Source of the DNA: an uncultured Candidatus Poseidoniales archaeon | GTDB lineage: Archaea; Thermoplasmatota; Poseidoniia; Poseidoniales; Thalassarchaeaceae | Direction: 5' to 3' | Length of the DNA stretch: 64,000 bases | Assembly (NCBI GenBank): GCA_964645485.1 | Contig: CAZXZO010000002.1 | Location: forward strand, 57,108-121,107 | In this document: piece after piece, positions 1 through 8,270 of the stretch | How the letters are laid out: every line of letters begins with the position of its first letter | How positions within the stretch are numbered: position 1 is the first letter of the stretch | The notes under the pieces: model-generated | The model's database searches: none | Told to the model about the DNA's origin: nothing | Seen by the model: only the letters and a program-made list of their open reading frames with translations | Program-made: the position numbers and the translations under genes

Positions 1-765
1 ATTTCACTACTACCTCTCGCAACCCAGACAGAAGGGGTTTGGACATACTCTACGAGAATCGATTTTGATGTGAACCAAAAAAATCTCTTGCCAAATGATG
101 ACTTGGTAATATGGATTGTTGGTACCGATTTAGCAGGCCATTCCTTAGAGGGACTAGGGACCGAAGGTAATAGTAGACTAACAGAACTACGAGTCATATT
201 CTTCCAACCAGTACTCTCGGAATTAACCGTTAGCCCATATAATCCGACTGTTGAATCTGTTTTCAGCATTGATGGTAGAGTGCTGAATGAGGGAAATGAT
301 ATGGGGGTAGTCAAAATTGGACTATGGGCTTGGCAATCTGGTAGTGGAGGGCGTTATCTCATTTTAAATGAAACAAATTTAACACTTTTACCTCAACAAC
401 ATGCGTTTTTCACCTTTTCACAAGAGGCTTGGGCTTCTGGTGATTTGCAATTGTATATCGCAATAAATGATGATGATACAAATTTGACAAGCGTCCCTGT
501 TGGTCTAGTTCGTGAGCAATCTGCTGGTGAAATTTTATGGCAAAATCTTGACTCACCAGCAGCAATTGGTTTGATGATTTTACTAATATCAGTCGTTTTG
601 ATGGTTGTTACTGCAGCGATAAGACGTAGTGATGAAGAATGGGATGATGAAGAGGACGAAGATGCTCCGCCTCCACCTCCGTGGGCTCCGGATGAATGGC
701 CCGAAGGTGCAGGACCTCCACCCGAAATCCTAACTAAGAGCACATCAATGCTTGAGGAAGAATGA
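1..765 (+). CDS. 3' part of a membrane-anchored surface protein (5'-truncated by window edge)
   Basis: Frame is open from base 1 (ISLLPLATQTEGVW...) to TGA 763-765. One C-terminal hydrophobic helix (AAIGLMILLISVVLMVVTAAI), then RR and an acidic/Pro-rich tail ending LEEE. Confidence 0.8.
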   Translation: MSLLPLATQTEGVWTYSTRIDFDVNQKNLLPNDDLVIWIVGTDLAGHSLEGLGTEGNSRLTELRVIFFQPVLSELTVSPYNPTVESVFSIDGRVLNEGNDMGVVKIGLWAWQSGSGGRYLILNETNLTLLPQQHAFFTFSQEAWASGDLQLYIAINDDDTNLTSVPVGLVREQSAGEILWQNLDSPAAIGLMILLISVVLMVVTAAIRRSDEEWDDEEDEDAPPPPPWAPDEWPEGAGPPPEILTKSTSMLEEE

Positions 766-782
766 CAAAGGGAAGCATCCAC

Positions 783-807
783 CAAGTTACCACTCAGGGG
801 TACCCGA
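783..807 (+). repeat. Imperfect upstream copy of the tRNA-Leu leader and 5' end
   Basis: CAAGTTACCACTCAGGGGTACCCGA (783-807) vs CAACTTAC-ACGCAGGGGTACCCGA (967-990). The 13-nt core CAGGGGTACCCGA is identical (795-807 = 978-990). Confidence 0.8.
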
Positions 808-808
808 C

Positions 809-835
809 CTCTCACCGCGGGCGCAGCGGTGAGAG
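809..835. other. Perfect 10-bp GC-rich hairpin
   Basis: CTCTCACCGC (809-818) is the reverse complement of GCGGTGAGAG (826-835), 7-nt loop. A small CGGC-TTC-GCCG hairpin follows. Confidence 0.75.
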
Positions 836-937
836 AGTTTTCGGCTTCGCCGCGCTGCGTTTGAATAACAAGATTTCAATTGTCACAGGCCCATTTTCTT
901 GTTGTTTACCCTGTGAAACCGAACCCAGCTTTGACCG

Positions 938-947
938 TATATTTGAA
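938..947 (+). promoter_or_regulatory. Probable TATA box of tRNA-Leu
   Basis: TATATTTGAA lies 30-39 nt upstream of the mature tRNA 5' end at 977. Confidence 0.5.
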
Positions 948-976
948 GGTGGATTGGCTTCCCCCTCAACTTACAC

Positions 977-1058
977 GCAGGGGTACCCGAGCGGTCAAAG
1001 GGGGTGGGCTCAAGATCCACTGCTTAGTGCTTCGCAGGTTCGAATCCTGCTCCCTGCA
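977..1058 (+). tRNA. tRNA-Leu (anticodon CAA)
   Basis: Acceptor GCAGGGG/TCCCTGC plus discriminator A. Anticodon arm GTGGG-CTCAAGA-TCCAC (CAA at 1011-1013), long variable arm, T arm GCAGG-TTCGAAT-CCTGC. CCA not encoded. Confidence 0.97.
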
Positions 1059-1542
1059 CTTTGATTACTCATGCCTTCATCGTGCAGAGAGCGCAAAACG
1101 CTAACGTCGAACCTGCTTCGCAGTGCATCAGGTTGCTGTGCAACCTTCGCATCCTCAACCTTCCCTCTGCTCTCAGACGCTTCCATCAGTCCAGATTGAG
1201 GATTTTGAATCCTGCTCCCTGCATCAGATTTCATAAGATTTCAACAGATTTAATCAGGACAGGATTCGAACTCCGCGAGTTTTAATCCATCTTACTTCAA
1301 CAAAACTCGCTGGAGTTTGCCGCTGGACTGACCAAAGGGAAGGAAGCGTCAGACCGTTTGAAATCCTGCTCCCTGCACTTTGATTACTCATGCCTTCATC
1401 GTGCAGAGAGCGCAAAACGCTAACGTCGAACCTGCTTCGCAGTGCATCAGGTTGCTGTGCAACCTTCGCATCCTCAACCTTCCCTCTGCTCTCAGACGCT
1501 TCCATCAGTCCAGATTGAGGATTTCGAATCCTGCTCCCTGCA
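1043..1542 (+). repeat. Four direct copies of the tRNA-Leu 3' end (att-like core), including a 181-bp near-perfect duplication
   Basis: AATCCTGCTCCCTGCA at 1043-1058, 1208-1223, 1362-1377 and 1527-1542. Segment 1043-1223 equals 1362-1542 except one base (TTTTGAAT vs TTTCGAAT). The last copy continues CCA. Confidence 0.95.
1059..1526. mobile_element. Putative non-autonomous mini-elements or integration scars at the tRNA-Leu 3' end (A, B, A')
   Basis: Three hairpin-rich ~140-150 bp segments, each bounded by the tRNA 3' core. No integrase in the window, so mobility is inferred only. Confidence 0.45.
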
Positions 1543-1682
1543 CCAACCAATTTCATTCATTCTCCTTCCTCACTGCAAATTATTCTATCTAAATGAATGT
1601 TGACAAAGGCAGTAAAGGTAAGTGAATTCTCCAATATAAAAATCACTTTTCCAATTGAACAATATGTGGTTAATTCATCATA

Positions 1683-4436
1683 TTGTTAGAGGCACACATT
1701 CAAACAGGGGAGGCAATAGGTTGGGTTATGCGCAAGCGTGAGGATGAATCGGAGGGATTCATCTTTTTCGAAGATGATGGTGAAGATGAATCGGCAACAT
1801 CTGAAGATAAAATCATCAAAGATAAAATTGCTGAGGATACTGACTCTCAAGTGGATTCAAATGATTTAGTTTCACTTCCCAAAGACCAAATAATTCCCCT
1901 GAAAGATATTTTGCCAAAAAGGGATGAGGAGTATTTTTCTGCTGAATTAGTTACCGACGGTGTTCATGATTTTGAATGGCCAATCAAAGGAATGGATTGC
2001 CCGGATTGCGCAATGAAAGCGAGTTCTGCTACAATAAAAAATCCAGCAGTTGCCTCATGTAAAATAAGCCATGCTGAAGGAATGGTCCGTATCGGGATTG
2101 ATCTTGGAAAGGGTGACCTTTCTAGAGCTAATCGTATATTATCAAGCCTAGGCCATGAGCCAGATGTTGATTGGTTCAAATTATCTGGTGTTACTGTTGA
2201 ATCGGTAATGAAGCGGCAGGGTTGTGACCAACCCTCTTTGAAGCGACTCCTCCAATCTGCTCCAGGTGTACTCGATGTTCACTTAGAAGGTAACGATATT
2301 ATGATCCAGCGGCCACCTTCTTTGTTGCCGCTCACTCGTCAAGAACACGAACATGCACTAGAGAGAATGACAGGGAAAAATGTTGAGTTGGTAAAAGGTG
2401 ATATTTCCGGGCTTTCAACCGAACATTGGCGCTTGATTGGTGCATCCATCGCATTTGTTCTATTACCAATTATTCTCCTCTTAGAAGCATTTTCAACTCC
2501 AGCAATACTAATCGGTGGAATCGGGCTTTTTGGCACAATTATTGGTGGTTATAGAATGTTCTTAGAAGCGATTGCGAGTGTCAGGAATCGTGTTCTTGGA
2601 TTTCAAATACTTACCACAATGGCAGTAATCGGTGCGGTAATTTTACAACACTGGGTCGAAGCATTAATGGTTGTATTATTAGAATCTGTAAGTGGTCATT
2701 TAGAGTCATCAGCCCTTGTTCGGGCAAGAAATGCAATGCAGGGTGGATTAGACCGCTTACCCCGAGTGGCAAGAGTAGTTTCAGGCATGAATCCACGCTT
2801 GGGTACGGTCTCAACGACAACATTTAGCACAGGTTTATCCCCATTATCATCGCTTGAACCAGCGCGTCCAGAACCCGAAGAAATTCCGATTGAACTGGTT
2901 TTTCCTGGAGCAAAGGTGGAGGTCAGAAGTGGTGAGTTGATTCCAGTAGACGGAATTATCACCGAAGGTGTTGGGCAAATAGACCGGGCTCCCTTGACTG
3001 GGGAAAGTGTACCAATAAGAGTCGAAGAAGGAGACTTCGTAGAGGCGGGGTTAGTGCTTCTGAGGGGGCCAATATTGATTGAAGTTTCAGCCGTTGGTGA
3101 GGATACAACTCTTTCAAATTTAATTGACAGTGTACATACTTACCGAGATAAGCCTCCTCGACTCCAATCTTCCGTAGAATTGTTCACGAAATTTTGGGTA
3201 CCTACTGTACTGATTGGAGGCATTGCAGTTGCTCTGTTCTATGGTGAATGGATGATGATGTTGCTACTGTGGGTAGTTGCTTGTCCCTGTGCCTTGCTTT
3301 TAGCGGCTCCAATTCCACACGCAACTGCTCTATCCACTGCAGCCCACCAAGGTGTAATTGCGCGTGGAGGTGATGTTCTTGAGAGGGCGGCTAGAGTTGA
3401 TTTAGCATTACTCGACAAGACTGGAACATTGACAAGTGGACATCCTCAACTTAGTTCATTAGTCCTAGCAGATGGTGTTTCTATGCTTGAGGCACTTTCT
3501 CTTGCTGCTGGGCTAGAAGCACGAAGTAACCATCCATACGCATCAACAATCATGTTGGCAGCCCAGAGTGAAGAGGCTCAACCAATTGAAATTAAGTCAT
3601 TAACAGATGGTGTAGCAGGAGTAAAAGGGAAAAATGGCAGGTCAATTGTCCGTCTAGGAAGCCAAGAGTGGCTATCTAATGAAGGAGTTAACATCACAGA
3701 TGCCCTAGAAGATGCAGCTAATGATGCCCGAATGAAAGGGCTTGGTGTGTCAATTCTTGCCAAGAGTAATGATGCGATTGCCGTATTTACTTTCATCAAT
3801 GATGACTTACGGGTTGGTGCAAAATCTCTCGTCAATGATTTAACCGAACTTGGTATCTCTGTGGAATTACTTTCCGGCGATTCTCAACCAGCAGTTGAAG
3901 CACTTGGGAAGGAACTTGGAATAGATTCAAAATTTTGTCGTGGGGACATAGACCCAGATGGCAAGGCTATCTGGGTAGAGCGCCGCAGTCAAGCACTTTG
4001 CACAATGATGGCCGGAGATGGCTTCAACGATGCTGCAGCACTAGCGGCTGCGGATGTAGGGGTTGCAGTTGGAAGTGGAGAGAGTGTTAACCTTGAAGCC
4101 GCAGACGTTCTAATTCCATCGAATGACCCACGCATATTGTCTCGCTTAATTCGTCTATCTAAAAAGACGAGATTCATTGTAAATATTAATCTAGCAATTT
4201 CTCTAGTTGTCACCTTCGTCTTAGTGATTTCAGTACTTTATCGCTGGCATGATAGCCTAGCGCTAGGGGTGTTTGTTCACGAAGCGAGTGCGTTGATTAC
4301 CTTACTAAATGGAGTCTGGTTAGCAGATGAAAATATGAGTAAATTAGGTACAGTTGGCAATTTGTTTGAACAACTTGGAAAGGATTGCGTAGAGGCATGG
4401 AGTTCCCTAAAATCAATGGTAACTGCAAGTAATTAA
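1683..4436 (+). CDS. Heavy-metal-translocating P1B-type ATPase
   Basis: HMA motif GMDCPDC, TGES, CPC in TM6, DKTGTLT phosphorylation site, SNHP, GDGFNDA, HEAS in the last TM pair. True start may be ATG 1728. Confidence 0.93.
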   Translation: MLEAHIQTGEAIGWVMRKREDESEGFIFFEDDGEDESATSEDKIIKDKIAEDTDSQVDSNDLVSLPKDQIIPLKDILPKRDEEYFSAELVTDGVHDFEWPIKGMDCPDCAMKASSATIKNPAVASCKISHAEGMVRIGIDLGKGDLSRANRILSSLGHEPDVDWFKLSGVTVESVMKRQGCDQPSLKRLLQSAPGVLDVHLEGNDIMIQRPPSLLPLTRQEHEHALERMTGKNVELVKGDISGLSTEHWRLIGASIAFVLLPIILLLEAFSTPAILIGGIGLFGTIIGGYRMFLEAIASVRNRVLGFQILTTMAVIGAVILQHWVEALMVVLLESVSGHLESSALVRARNAMQGGLDRLPRVARVVSGMNPRLGTVSTTTFSTGLSPLSSLEPARPEPEEIPIELVFPGAKVEVRSGELIPVDGIITEGVGQIDRAPLTGESVPIRVEEGDFVEAGLVLLRGPILIEVSAVGEDTTLSNLIDSVHTYRDKPPRLQSSVELFTKFWVPTVLIGGIAVALFYGEWMMMLLLWVVACPCALLLAAPIPHATALSTAAHQGVIARGGDVLERAARVDLALLDKTGTLTSGHPQLSSLVLADGVSMLEALSLAAGLEARSNHPYASTIMLAAQSEEAQPIEIKSLTDGVAGVKGKNGRSIVRLGSQEWLSNEGVNITDALEDAANDARMKGLGVSILAKSNDAIAVFTFINDDLRVGAKSLVNDLTELGISVELLSGDSQPAVEALGKELGIDSKFCRGDIDPDGKAIWVERRSQALCTMMAGDGFNDAAALAAADVGVAVGSGESVNLEAADVLIPSNDPRILSRLIRLSKKTRFIVNINLAISLVVTFVLVISVLYRWHDSLALGVFVHEASALITLLNGVWLADENMSKLGTVGNLFEQLGKDCVEAWSSLKSMVTASN

Positions 4437-4494
4437 ATGTGGCAACTTGTTATAGCATAGTGCTGAGTGTTAGACAACAACGGGGAGAATAAGA

Positions 4495-4968
4495 ATGGCA
4501 AAGATTCGAGGAGATTCGCGGCAAGTGGCCTTAGCTCACGAAACTAGAAGAGGTATTGTCGAAACCTTGCAAAATGTTGAGGAAAAATCAACAGTGCAAA
4601 TTCAAGAAACTATAGGAGTAACTCGCTATCATCTATATCATCATCTCAAACAACTCGTAAGTGCTGGCATCATTGAGAATCATCGTGACCAGGGAAGAGC
4701 ACGATGGTGGCGACTTACGGGGCCAATTGAATTAGAGGCTGGAGTGAGTGTGAATCAACCAGATTTATCCGGCCTTCCAGATGAAGTCTCTGCCCTAATA
4801 AGGAGAGGGGCTGATGTTCACTGGGTTGAAATTTCAGGTTCTGCAAGAGATTCAATTGCGGCAAAAAAAATGCTGGAAAGTGTAGCCGAGGAGTGGGGAG
4901 TTGAACTTGATTTACCATTCACTTTCACGCCCGGCGGAATCCTCATCATTGGTAAACCACGAAACTGA
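4495..4968 (+). CDS. ArsR-like winged-helix transcriptional regulator with an extra C-terminal domain
   Basis: LAHETRRGIVETL...IGVTRYHLYHHLKQLVSAGII...GRARWW matches the ArsR wHTH pattern. SD GGGGAG upstream. Confidence 0.75.
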   Translation: MAKIRGDSRQVALAHETRRGIVETLQNVEEKSTVQIQETIGVTRYHLYHHLKQLVSAGIIENHRDQGRARWWRLTGPIELEAGVSVNQPDLSGLPDEVSALIRRGADVHWVEISGSARDSIAAKKMLESVAEEWGVELDLPFTFTPGGILIIGKPRN

Positions 4969-4977
4969 GGTGAATAA

Positions 4978-5394
4978 ATGTCTGAGGAAGAAGTAGAGGT
5001 TGATAATAGCCAATTAGAAATAGAATCAAATATTTCACCACCATTAATCAATTGCCCAAATTGTGATGGTTTACTACCTCTAGGTTTGGGGACCAAGACT
5101 TGTGCCCTGTGTGGTGCAGTAGCGAATGTTGAACACGAAGCCACACGAAGAGAGTGGGCAGATGAACGGTTTGCCTGTCCAAATTGCTCAAAAGTTTTGG
5201 TTTGTGGGCTCGAAGAGAGACCTGCAAAAGTAGCCTGTTCTTCCTGCTCAAATCAAATTGTCGTGAAACCAAAGGTTGTCAAGGTAGAGATTACTTGCCC
5301 TTCCTGTGAGCGTCGCCTACGCCTCAAGCCCCGACCGGGCTCGCGTCAGATTACCTGTCCTGCTTGTGATGATGAGTTTAAGGTCACATTTTGA
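4978..5394 (+). CDS. Multi-zinc-ribbon protein
   Basis: Six CxxC pairs (CPNC, CALC, CPNC, CSSC, CPSC, CPAC), enough for three ribbons. SD GAGGTGA upstream. Confidence 0.8.
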   Translation: MSEEEVEVDNSQLEIESNISPPLINCPNCDGLLPLGLGTKTCALCGAVANVEHEATRREWADERFACPNCSKVLVCGLEERPAKVACSSCSNQIVVKPKVVKVEITCPSCERRLRLKPRPGSRQITCPACDDEFKVTF

Positions 5395-5574
5395 TCCCTG
5401 TTTAGCATTAAGCAAACGCTTCTTTGGCATTATACCCTTAGGGTATGTGAATTGCCGTTTGACGGATAATGTCACCCTGCTCACTCAAATAGGAAGAGAC
5501 TTGCAGGTTTGTACTAGGAGCAATGGGCTCCAGGGGATGGGATCCTGACTGAAACAGAAGCGAAGTTAGCAGAA

Positions 5575-8184
5575 TTGAAGAAGCAGGTCGTTGGTGGAAG
5601 CGATCATTCACTTGCTGAATTACGTCATGAAATCACTGGTACAGATTCACCATCTTTGGAGAGAGCCGGCCAGATTACTAAGAATTTGACTAACGAAGAA
5701 GGTCTTCGCCGTAGCCTTGGAAGAGAACGCCGTCTTAGGTTGAAAGACCAAGCAGAAAGGCTCTCCGCTGCTAAGGGCTCAATGGGCCGTGCTCTCCAGA
5801 TGGAACACCAATCTATTCTCAAGAATCTTGAGTCAGAAATGCGGAGTGAGATGGAATCAGAACTTTCGCGTCTAGAGAAAGAAACACTTGGTCGGGAAGA
5901 AGAGATATTACGCGAAGAATTGGATATGAGGCTTGAGCGTGAAGAGATATCACTTCGAGAGCAACTAGAGGTTGAACGGGAACGCCGCCTAAGTGCAAGC
6001 CGTGAACAACTTCACTCACAACTTTCCAGTGATATGAACAAAGAGTTTGACCGTCGTCGCGCATTTTTACAGGAGAAAATGGAAATTGAGGCAACCCAAG
6101 CACTCCAGGAACAGTTGTCGAGTCTAGAATCAGAATTGAAAGAAGAGATGGAAGTTCAATTAAAGTCTGAAGAGACACGCCAAGCAGAAATCATTGAAGC
6201 TGAGCAACATTCACGTCTTTCAGAAAGGGAAATACAACTCCGGGATGGAATTCGCCGTCGCCTTGAGGGGCAATTACGCAGTCGTCTGCGCGCTCGCGAG
6301 GCTCGCCTCAGAAGCGAGTATGAACATCGCGCCCATAGAATGGAGGAAGAGATTGCAAAAGACCTCCAAGACGAACTAGAGCAACGCCTTACATCGGAAA
6401 CCGAACAACTCGAAGAGCGAATGCAACAAGATTTGGAGTTAGCAGTTGCGCGTAAACGCGATGAAGTGCGAGCATCCATTCTGAATGAACTTCAAACCCA
6501 GTATGGTGAACGAATCGCAGAACGGAAACAGCGTCTCCGTGAGCGTTATGACTTAACTTTCAGTCAGTCAATTGATGAGATTGAACAAGCTCTAAACATC
6601 GAATTGGAAGATGTCCTTCAAGATCGAATGGAGGGTGAATTTGAAACTTACCGCCGTTCACGAGAATCTGAAATATCTAGTCGCCTATCTCGATTCCGCC
6701 ATGATAGAGAAATTGAACTCCGACAACAACTAACTTCATCCTTTGAAGGTAGGAAGCAAGAATGGATTGACCAATTAGAACAAGAATACCGCTCTAAGGA
6801 GTCAGCAGTACAACGACAAATTATGGCTGAGATTGATGCTCGAGTTCGTAACGAAAAGATATCTCAAGAGACCTCACTTGACCTGTTAAAGCAGGAGACC
6901 TCAATGGAACTTGAGGTAGAGATGGAATCAAGACTACGAGAGTTTAGATCTAGAAAGGAAACAGAAGTAACCGATCAATTAGAACGCCAACTTTCCAAGC
7001 GTGAAGAAATTATGCGTAACAAAGCCCTCATTGAAGTTCGCCGCCGTGAATCCGAAATACGTGCAGAAATTGAAGCACAACTTGCAGTAAAGAGAGCAGA
7101 AATTCGTGAGCGTCTTGCAACACTTGAGCAACGCTCAGAAGAATTCAAACAAGTTGCAGAAGAAAAGATTCGAACACAACTTGAGCGTAATCTTGTTTCA
7201 GAGGAAGATTTGGAAGACCAAGTTCGCTTGCAGCAGTTAGAGGATGAGGCTGAAAACCTTGAGAATCAAGATACAGTATTGGACCGCCGCCAGAGATGGA
7301 TGGGTGCATTGGAAGGTGCCCAGGGCCAGATGCCTGAGACTGCTGTTCGCCAAGGTGGCCTTGTTGGAGGGGGCAGATTAGGACAACCAAAGTCATCAAC
7401 TCTTGGTGGGCCTGCAAAGGCCTCGGCACCCCCCGCTCTTGGAGCAGGTGCTGGAGGGCGATTAGCACCTTCACGAGCACCTATTGGACAGGCTTCGGCA
7501 GCAACAGCGGCCACGCCAGCAACAAAAATTCCCAAACCATCAATCGGTTCAACTATGGCTGAGCGCTTAGCACCAGTCAGAGCGCCTATCAGGGTTGAAG
7601 GTGAAGCACCTAAAGAAACCCGTTCTCTAAGTGATATTGCAGAAGAAGTAGGACTACCTGCGCTTGAAACAAAAGAACCCGAAGAACCTTCAGGCATTGA
7701 CTCACCAAAAGAGACAATCGAAGATGATTGGGATAAGGATGAAGAATTAGAAATCAGTTCAGTAATTTCAGAATTAGCTACTCTAGAAGAAATAGATGCT
7801 CAATCTCAGTCACAACCTGAAGAACCAACCCCTGTATCAAGAGGTCCGCCAGGTGGAGGCAAATTGATTCGCGATGACGTGAATACAGAGGGAAGTGTAG
7901 AGACAAAACCAGTGCGCGGTCCACCCGGGGGCGGAAAACTAGTTCGAGAAAGGCCGGAACCTTCTGAGAGGAGTCCTCCAATTGATACCACAGATATTCC
8001 AGCAGAGATATTAAAGCCAGTTCGAAAGCCAGTATTACAACCAAAGAAAATTGAAACTGCTAACATTATTTCAATGACAGACCCCGTCAAAGTACTAGTT
8101 CCTGAAGCGGCTCCAAAAGTTGCAAAACTAACTCCGGTGACCACCACTTTAACTCCAATACAAAGTTCAGAAGAAGAAGAATGA
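5575..8184 (+). CDS. Long coiled-coil protein with a disordered Pro/Gly/Glu-rich C-terminal third
   Basis: About 560 aa of E/R/L/Q-rich heptad-like sequence, no Walker motif or TM, ends SSEEEE. Start uncertain: the frame is open back to TAG 5515-5517. Confidence 0.8.
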   Translation: MKKQVVGGSDHSLAELRHEITGTDSPSLERAGQITKNLTNEEGLRRSLGRERRLRLKDQAERLSAAKGSMGRALQMEHQSILKNLESEMRSEMESELSRLEKETLGREEEILREELDMRLEREEISLREQLEVERERRLSASREQLHSQLSSDMNKEFDRRRAFLQEKMEIEATQALQEQLSSLESELKEEMEVQLKSEETRQAEIIEAEQHSRLSEREIQLRDGIRRRLEGQLRSRLRAREARLRSEYEHRAHRMEEEIAKDLQDELEQRLTSETEQLEERMQQDLELAVARKRDEVRASILNELQTQYGERIAERKQRLRERYDLTFSQSIDEIEQALNIELEDVLQDRMEGEFETYRRSRESEISSRLSRFRHDREIELRQQLTSSFEGRKQEWIDQLEQEYRSKESAVQRQIMAEIDARVRNEKISQETSLDLLKQETSMELEVEMESRLREFRSRKETEVTDQLERQLSKREEIMRNKALIEVRRRESEIRAEIEAQLAVKRAEIRERLATLEQRSEEFKQVAEEKIRTQLERNLVSEEDLEDQVRLQQLEDEAENLENQDTVLDRRQRWMGALEGAQGQMPETAVRQGGLVGGGRLGQPKSSTLGGPAKASAPPALGAGAGGRLAPSRAPIGQASAATAATPATKIPKPSIGSTMAERLAPVRAPIRVEGEAPKETRSLSDIAEEVGLPALETKEPEEPSGIDSPKETIEDDWDKDEELEISSVISELATLEEIDAQSQSQPEEPTPVSRGPPGGGKLIRDDVNTEGSVETKPVRGPPGGGKLVRERPEPSERSPPIDTTDIPAEILKPVRKPVLQPKKIETANIISMTDPVKVLVPEAAPKVAKLTPVTTTLTPIQSSEEEE

Positions 8185-8270
8185 GTGCAAAATAATTGAG
8201 TTGACCGTAGGTCATTTACTCAAAATCAACCTACCACCGCATTCAAAGGTAGAATGCTCCTCAACGGAGC

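Noticed and set aside
1043-1542. CRISPR array
   Set aside because: The repeat is the tRNA 3' end and only 16-20 nt, spacers are ~140-150 bp with two identical, and no cas genes are present.
762-1592. Short ORFs 762-1064, 880-1104, 1010-1234, 1061-1285, 1254-1556 and 1380-1592
   Set aside because: They overlap the tRNA and its repeats, and the duplicated peptides merely mirror the DNA duplication. No SD or recognisable motif.
4978-5394. LysW-type carrier for the RimK-family ligase
   Set aside because: Lacks the C-terminal EDWGE, ends in KVTF, and has three ribbons instead of one.
5516-5552. Frameshifted start (AGGAG then ATG 5523) for the coiled-coil gene
   Set aside because: SD-to-ATG spacing is only 2 nt, the frame closes after 9 codons, and no slippery site is evident. 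The start is left as uncertain.
5575-8184. SMC/Rad50 call for the coiled-coil protein
   Set aside because: No Walker A/B, signature motif, hinge or zinc hook.
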